Part shown: in pieces, positions 59,843-64,000 of the stretch
Position numbering within the stretch: the first letter of the stretch is position 1
Layout of the letters: every line of letters starts with the position of its first letter
Source of the DNA: Candidatus Entotheonellaceae bacterium
Lineage (GTDB): Bacteria; Tectomicrobia; Entotheonellia; Entotheonellales; Entotheonellaceae
Length of the DNA: 64,000 nucleotides
Direction: 5' to 3'
Assembly: GCA_965238075.1 (NCBI GenBank)
Contig: OZ250173.1
Location: 2,912,001 to 2,976,000, forward strand
The notes under the pieces: model-generated
The model's database searches: none
The model's input: the letters and a program-made list of their open reading frames with translations, nothing else
What the model was told of the DNA's origin: nothing
Position numbers and translations under genes: made by a program

Positions 59843-59992
59843 TTGGCTTACACCGCGCGTACCGCTTGCCTGACGGCTCTCGTCATCGCCCTGGTCAAGG
59901 TCGAAACCGTTAATCTGGCCCAACTGGCCGCGGCCTTTCCTGGTCCTGCCGAGATCGACTCGCACTATCGACGCCTGCAACGCTTTTTCAAA
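59843..59992 (+). mobile_element. IS4-family transposase N-terminal fragment
   Basis: AR..CL.ALVIALVKVETVNLAQLAAAF...AEIDSHYRRLQRFF, then an abrupt loss of similarity. Confidence 0.72.
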
Positions 59993-60099
59993 TCATGCGC
60001 ATCAAAGACCCGCCAAAAGCCTGTTTCGCCATGGATTTGACGCCACTCGCCAATCTTCGACAATGCAGGTGCCCGAATCGCTCACTTGCGACGAGAGGC

Positions 60100-60314
60100 A
60101 ATGAGGTGGATTCCCCGGAACTGATCAACGGTAGACAACACACCTCGCCGTCCAAGCGGATCATTGCCGAATTTCCCGAATACGAGGGATTGAAACCGAC
60201 GCGGGTCCACAGGTAGCCGAGCGGTTCGGCCTGAGGGCCATCCGATCCAGATGTCCCCATTTTGCAGCGTGGGTTCATCGACTTGAGCATCTTCTGGAGG
60301 AATTCAGGCGTTGA
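60100..60314 (+). pseudogene. C-terminal remnant of a DUF4276-family protein
   Basis: DSPELINGRQHTSPSKRIIAEFPEYEGLKP, then a frameshift at ~60199 into AGPQVAERFGLRAIRSRCPHFAAWVHRLEHL*. This matches the PE.IN..T.PSKR..Y..G.IR..CPHF..W pattern as recalled. Confidence 0.65.
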
Positions 60315-61567
60315 GTCCGTCCACGAACCCCACCCGCCCAGGCATCCGCCTGGGCATCGACCGTCTCGCTGACGACTCCGGCCTGCGCGCGCCGCTGCAT
60401 GGGCGGCGCGCGGCGTTGCTGGGGCATCCCGCCTCCGTGACCGCAGACCTGCAACACAGCCTGGACGTGCTGGCCGCTATGCCGGAGGTGCGCCTGACGT
60501 GTGCCTTCGGGCCGCAGCATGGCATGCGAGGCGATAAGCAGGACAACATGGTGGAATCCGACGATTACCGGGACCCGGTGCACGGGGTGCCGGTACACAG
60601 CCTGTACGGTGAGGTGCGGCGCGCGACGACGGACATACTGGACGGGTTCGACGTGCTGCTGGTGGACCTGCAGGACGTCGGCTGCCGCATCTACACGTTC
60701 ATTACCACGCTGCTCTACATGCTGGAGGACTGCGCGGCGCACGGCAAGGCCGTCTGGGTGCTGGACCGGCCAAACCCGGCGGGACGCGCCGTAGAGGGAT
60801 TGCGGCTGGAGCCCGGCTGGGAGAGCTTTGTCGGCTCGGCGCCGCTGCCGATGCGCCATGGGCTGACCATCGGGGAACTCGCCCGCTGGTTCGTGCGGCA
60901 CTTCGGGCTGGACGTGGAACTACGTGTGATTGAGATGACCGGTTATGACCCATATCAAGCCCCGGGTTACGGCTGGCCGGTGGGGGAGTTGTCGTGGGTC
61001 AACCCCAGTCCCAATGCGGCGGGGTTGTCGATGGCACGGGCGTACAGCGGCACGGTGCTGATCGAGGGGACCACGTTGTCGGAGGGGCGGGGGACGACGC
61101 ACCCGCTGGAGGTCGTGGGGGCGCCGGACCTGGATGCACGGGCACTGCTGGACGTGATGCGGCGTCTACGCCCCGAGTGGCTGGCGGGGTGCCGGTTGCG
61201 GCCGTGTTACTTCGAGCCGACGTTTCACAAACACGCCGGGCAGTGCTGCGCCGGGCTGCAAATCCACGTCGATCATGGGGCGTACCGGCCGGAGGTGTTC
61301 AGCCCATACCGACTTGTGGCGCTGCTGTTGAAAGCGGTGCGGGTGTTGGCGCCGGATTATCCGTTGTGGTGGGATTTTGCTTACGAGTACGAGACCGAGC
61401 GGCTGGCGTTTGACGTGATCAACGGCGGGCCGCGGCTGCGGGCGTGGGTGGATGACGAACAGGCGGGGTGCGATGAACTGGAGGAAATGCTGGGCCGTGA
61501 AGAACGCGCATGGCACGAAGAAAGACGGGCGTTTGTGATGTATTCAGGCGGCGAGGGTGAAGGATAG
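60311..61567 (+). CDS. namZ: Exo-beta-N-acetylmuramidase NamZ family (DUF1343)
   Basis: FGPQHG, SLYG, DLQDVGCRIYTF, LDRPNP, RHGLTIGE, PSPN and SEGRGT. Confidence 0.88.
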   Translation: MSPSTNPTRPGIRLGIDRLADDSGLRAPLHGRRAALLGHPASVTADLQHSLDVLAAMPEVRLTCAFGPQHGMRGDKQDNMVESDDYRDPVHGVPVHSLYGEVRRATTDILDGFDVLLVDLQDVGCRIYTFITTLLYMLEDCAAHGKAVWVLDRPNPAGRAVEGLRLEPGWESFVGSAPLPMRHGLTIGELARWFVRHFGLDVELRVIEMTGYDPYQAPGYGWPVGELSWVNPSPNAAGLSMARAYSGTVLIEGTTLSEGRGTTHPLEVVGAPDLDARALLDVMRRLRPEWLAGCRLRPCYFEPTFHKHAGQCCAGLQIHVDHGAYRPEVFSPYRLVALLLKAVRVLAPDYPLWWDFAYEYETERLAFDVINGGPRLRAWVDDEQAGCDELEEMLGREERAWHEERRAFVMYSGGEGEG

Positions 61568-62077
61568 CGGGTGATGAAAATCGGGGGCTTCGCCAGGGTG
61601 ATGCGTGGCCCAGAAAGTGCGCTGTCCGTCGGCGAGGCGGATGATCGCGGCAGGCGCGAGGCGGCAGGGGCCGGCGTGCTCGAGGTCCGCGATAGGGACG
61701 GTGCAGGATAGGCTGAGGCCGTGCGGGCGGCGTTGGCTGCTGAGTTGAACGTCGGCAATGCGGGGTTCTTCAGTCATGCCGTGGCGGTAGTCGGTGAAAC
61801 TGAAGACGTTCCAGTCGCCAGCAGGGGAGGCATTGATCTCCCAGTAGTTGGGATGGTGGAGCGGTCCCCAGAGGAGTTCGAAGCAGGTGTGCTGCCAGAG
61901 TTGCAGACGCCGCGCCGGGTTTGGCGAGGGGGCGGAGAGGTCGACCGGGTGGTTGAGGCCGTCTAGGTCGTACTCGATCCGCAGGGTGTCGTTGGCGATG
62001 GCGAGGCACCCGGTGAGAGCGGGGGGTGGCTTCTCCGGCCAGTGGAAGGGGATCAGGGTGAAGACGGCGTTGCGCAC
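61544..62077 (-). CDS. DOMON-like domain protein
   Basis: LWQHTCFEL, YWEINASPAGDWN.F.F..YR, FWA and PDFH. GTG 62077 follows GAGGAG. Confidence 0.8.
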   Translation of the reverse strand: MRNAVFTLIPFHWPEKPPPALTGCLAIANDTLRIEYDLDGLNHPVDLSAPSPNPARRLQLWQHTCFELLWGPLHHPNYWEINASPAGDWNVFSFTDYRHGMTEEPRIADVQLSSQRRPHGLSLSCTVPIADLEHAGPCRLAPAAIIRLADGQRTFWATHHPGEAPDFHHPLSFTLAA

Positions 62078-62132
62078 GGGTTGGCTCCTCGGCTGGGGGT
62101 TGCGTGAGGTGAATGTCGCATGGAGGTGCGGG

Positions 62133-62579
62133 ATGACGCAAACAAATCTCTCGATTGTGCGGCTGCAGGCCGTCGTTCTGGCGTGTCTGCTGGCGCTGGC
62201 CTGTCTGTCGGGCTGTGCCTCGTACGAGACGATTAGCATGGAGGTGACCGCGTATTCGTCGGACCAAGAGAGCACCAATTGGCGGCGGGGGCGGATTCTG
62301 TTCTGGCGCGCCTATGTGGCCAGCGGGCCGAACAAAGGCAAGCGGAAGATCGTCGGGCTGACCTCCAGCGGCAAGTGGGCGCGCTACGGCACCATTGCCG
62401 CCGATACCCGCTACTATCCGTACGGCACGGTGATGATCGTACCCGGTTACGGCAAGGGCGTAGTGGAGGACATCGGCGGGGCCATCAAGGGTCCGCGGCG
62501 GCTCGACGTGTACTTCAAAACGCGGCGGCGGGCGCTCAGGTGGGGGCGTCAGACGCTGCCGGTGCGGGTGAGGCGGTAA
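62133..62579 (+). CDS. 3D-domain lipoprotein (cell-wall lytic)
   Basis: Lipobox LSGC, VTAY, TIAAD, P.GT, EDIGGAIKG and LDVYF. Confidence 0.88.
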   Translation: MTQTNLSIVRLQAVVLACLLALACLSGCASYETISMEVTAYSSDQESTNWRRGRILFWRAYVASGPNKGKRKIVGLTSSGKWARYGTIAADTRYYPYGTVMIVPGYGKGVVEDIGGAIKGPRRLDVYFKTRRRALRWGRQTLPVRVRR

Positions 62580-62585
62580 AACGCG

Positions 62586-63152
62586 ATGCGCAGAAGCAGG
62601 TTGGTGTTTGCCGCCAGCGCTGTGCTGGTCGGAGCGCTGCTGGGGTGGCTGGTGTCCGGCTACGTACGCCCGCCGGCGGAGTCGTCGGATGCCGTGCGGC
62701 CACTGGCGGGGGTGCCATTGACGACGCACGCGGGTGAGACCGTGCGGGTGGGCGATTATCGCGGCAAGGTGCTGGTGTTGGCGTTCGGGTGCGTGTCCTG
62801 CTGGGAGTCCGGCGGTTCGGTGTTGGACGAGTTGGCTGGTGCCCTGCGGCGTCTGGGCGGCCGCGCAGACGAGGTGCAGGTGTTGGTGGTCAGTGTCGCC
62901 CCGCAGCGCGACACGTCCGACCGGCTGGCGGCCTATGTGACGGCGCTTGATCCGCGCTTCGTCAGCGTCGCGGGAGCGCCCGAGGTCATCCGAAGCGTGG
63001 CGGCATTCGGCCTGACGCCCAACGACCCCGACGCCGCGTCGGTGATGGTGTTGGACCAGCGCGGTCATTTGCGGTTGCTGTTTCCGTTTCGCATCTCCGC
63101 GCCGTCGCTGGCCGAAGATCTGGCCGCCCTGTTGCGCCCCGTGCGGTCATGA
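62586..63152 (+). CDS. SCO/SenC-like thioredoxin-fold protein (atypical motif)
   Basis: N-terminal TM, DYRGKVLVLAFG, SVAPQRDT..L..Y and VLDQRG. It has CVSC instead of CxxxC. Confidence 0.75.
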   Translation: MRRSRLVFAASAVLVGALLGWLVSGYVRPPAESSDAVRPLAGVPLTTHAGETVRVGDYRGKVLVLAFGCVSCWESGGSVLDELAGALRRLGGRADEVQVLVVSVAPQRDTSDRLAAYVTALDPRFVSVAGAPEVIRSVAAFGLTPNDPDAASVMVLDQRGHLRLLFPFRISAPSLAEDLAALLRPVRS

Positions 63153-63221
63153 GACAAGGCGCCGCGCCGCATGGCGCACTGGCTGAGGGCGTGATACGAT
63201 GCGCCCTGCGCCGGAGCAGTT

Positions 63222-63252
63222 GCAGGGCGGATTAGCGCAGCGTAATCCGACA
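63222..63252. repeat. GTAG-type REP-like palindrome
   Basis: GCAGGG-CGGATTA/GCGCAGCG/TAATCCG-ACA, intergenic. Confidence 0.55.
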
Positions 63253-63329
63253 TTTCCGACGCACCCGCCGGGGCGATTGCCGGCACTTCAAGGAATTGAG
63301 GACCACGACGACACGGAGGACACACGGCT

Positions 63330-64000
63330 ATGACGCAATACGTATACGCGGGAGCAGGGCATTGGCTGTCCGGCGGTGAGACGACGCCGGGCGGGCTGTT
63401 GCGCAAGGCGATCGACGGGCGCACCTGGGAGCCGTTGAGCAACGGGTTGCCGGCGCAGGCGGAGGTGCGGACGATTGCCATTCACCCGGACAACCCGGCA
63501 ATCGTGTTCGTCGGTACGCAGGACGGCCCGTATCGCAGCACGGACGGCGGCGACCATTGGCAAAAGCTGCCGTTTCCCGATCCGGCGATGGTGGTGTGGA
63601 CGATCATTTTCCATCCCAAGGACCCGCACACGTTGTTTCTGGGCGCCAGCCCGGCGGCGGTGTACCGCAGCGACGACGCCGGTGATAGCTGGCGGCGGCT
63701 GACCCTCGTGGAGACCACCGGGGCGGTGAACATGGGATTCGACATGCGGGTGATCCGGCTGGTGGTGGACCCCACCAATCCTCAGGAAATCTACGCCGGC
63801 CTGGAAGTCGGCGGGGTGATTCGCAGCCTCGACGGCGGCGAAACGTGGGACGACTGCACCGAGGACCTGCTGCGGTTGGCCGGGATGGAACACCTGAAGA
63901 GTCGCATCGGCAGCGATACGGACACCGAAGGCATGATGGACTCTCACGCCTTGAGCATCAGTTCGGCGCAGCCGGGCACGGTGTTCCTGGCCACCCGCAT
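63330..64000 (+). CDS. BNR/VPS10-type beta-propeller protein (partial, runs off window)
   Basis: ATG after GGAGG. It contains repeated Asp-boxes RSTDGGDHW, RSDDAGDSW and RSLDGGETW, with no stop before the window end, so it is absent from the ORF track. Confidence 0.88.
   Translation, partial: MTQYVYAGAGHWLSGGETTPGGLLRKAIDGRTWEPLSNGLPAQAEVRTIAIHPDNPAIVFVGTQDGPYRSTDGGDHWQKLPFPDPAMVVWTIIFHPKDPHTLFLGASPAAVYRSDDAGDSWRRLTLVETTGAVNMGFDMRVIRLVVDPTNPQEIYAGLEVGGVIRSLDGGETWDDCTEDLLRLAGMEHLKSRIGSDTDTEGMMDSHALSISSAQPGTVFLATR

Noticed and set aside
1..64000. CRISPR arrays, rRNA, prophage, tRNA-Sec
   Set aside because: I found no regularly spaced direct repeats, rRNA-like tracts, phage genes or TCA-anticodon tRNA by eye.

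Overview
This is a bacterial chromosomal window with two contrasting halves. The taxon cannot be fixed from sequence alone. From 1-26 kb it is mostly housekeeping and relatively AT-rich. It holds the S10-spc-alpha ribosomal superoperon (rpsS end to rplQ, with secY, map, infA, rpmJ and rpoA, but no adk) and a TPR/membrane gene split by a decayed IS630. It also holds dsbD-like and ccmH-like genes, the rpsU-mutS2-dnaG-rpoD-tRNA(CAT) operon and ftsH. From 26-64 kb it is GC-rich and catabolic/accessory: an archaeal-type GAPDH homologue, an enolase-family dehydratase, apaH, aat, trmL, an aldolase, TPP enzymes, a CoA-transferase, hydantoinase A/B, an SSS-crcB-phoBR-CocE run, an M16 peptidase, namZ, several pseudogenes, IS remnants and REP-like palindromes. 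The main hidden feature is at 28.8-36.3 kb. Two convergent operons each contain a gene that the ORF track splits at an in-frame TGA. Both TGAs lie in UxxC motifs (D-U-G-S-C and T-U-P-L-C) and both are followed by a bacterial-SECIS-like hairpin. These are therefore probably two selenoproteins (UGSC family and PrdB/GrdB-like), embedded with a B12-binding domain, MeaB, a crotonase, an SRPBCC protein and a fused ETF. This is a candidate undescribed selenium/B12/acyl-CoA redox system.
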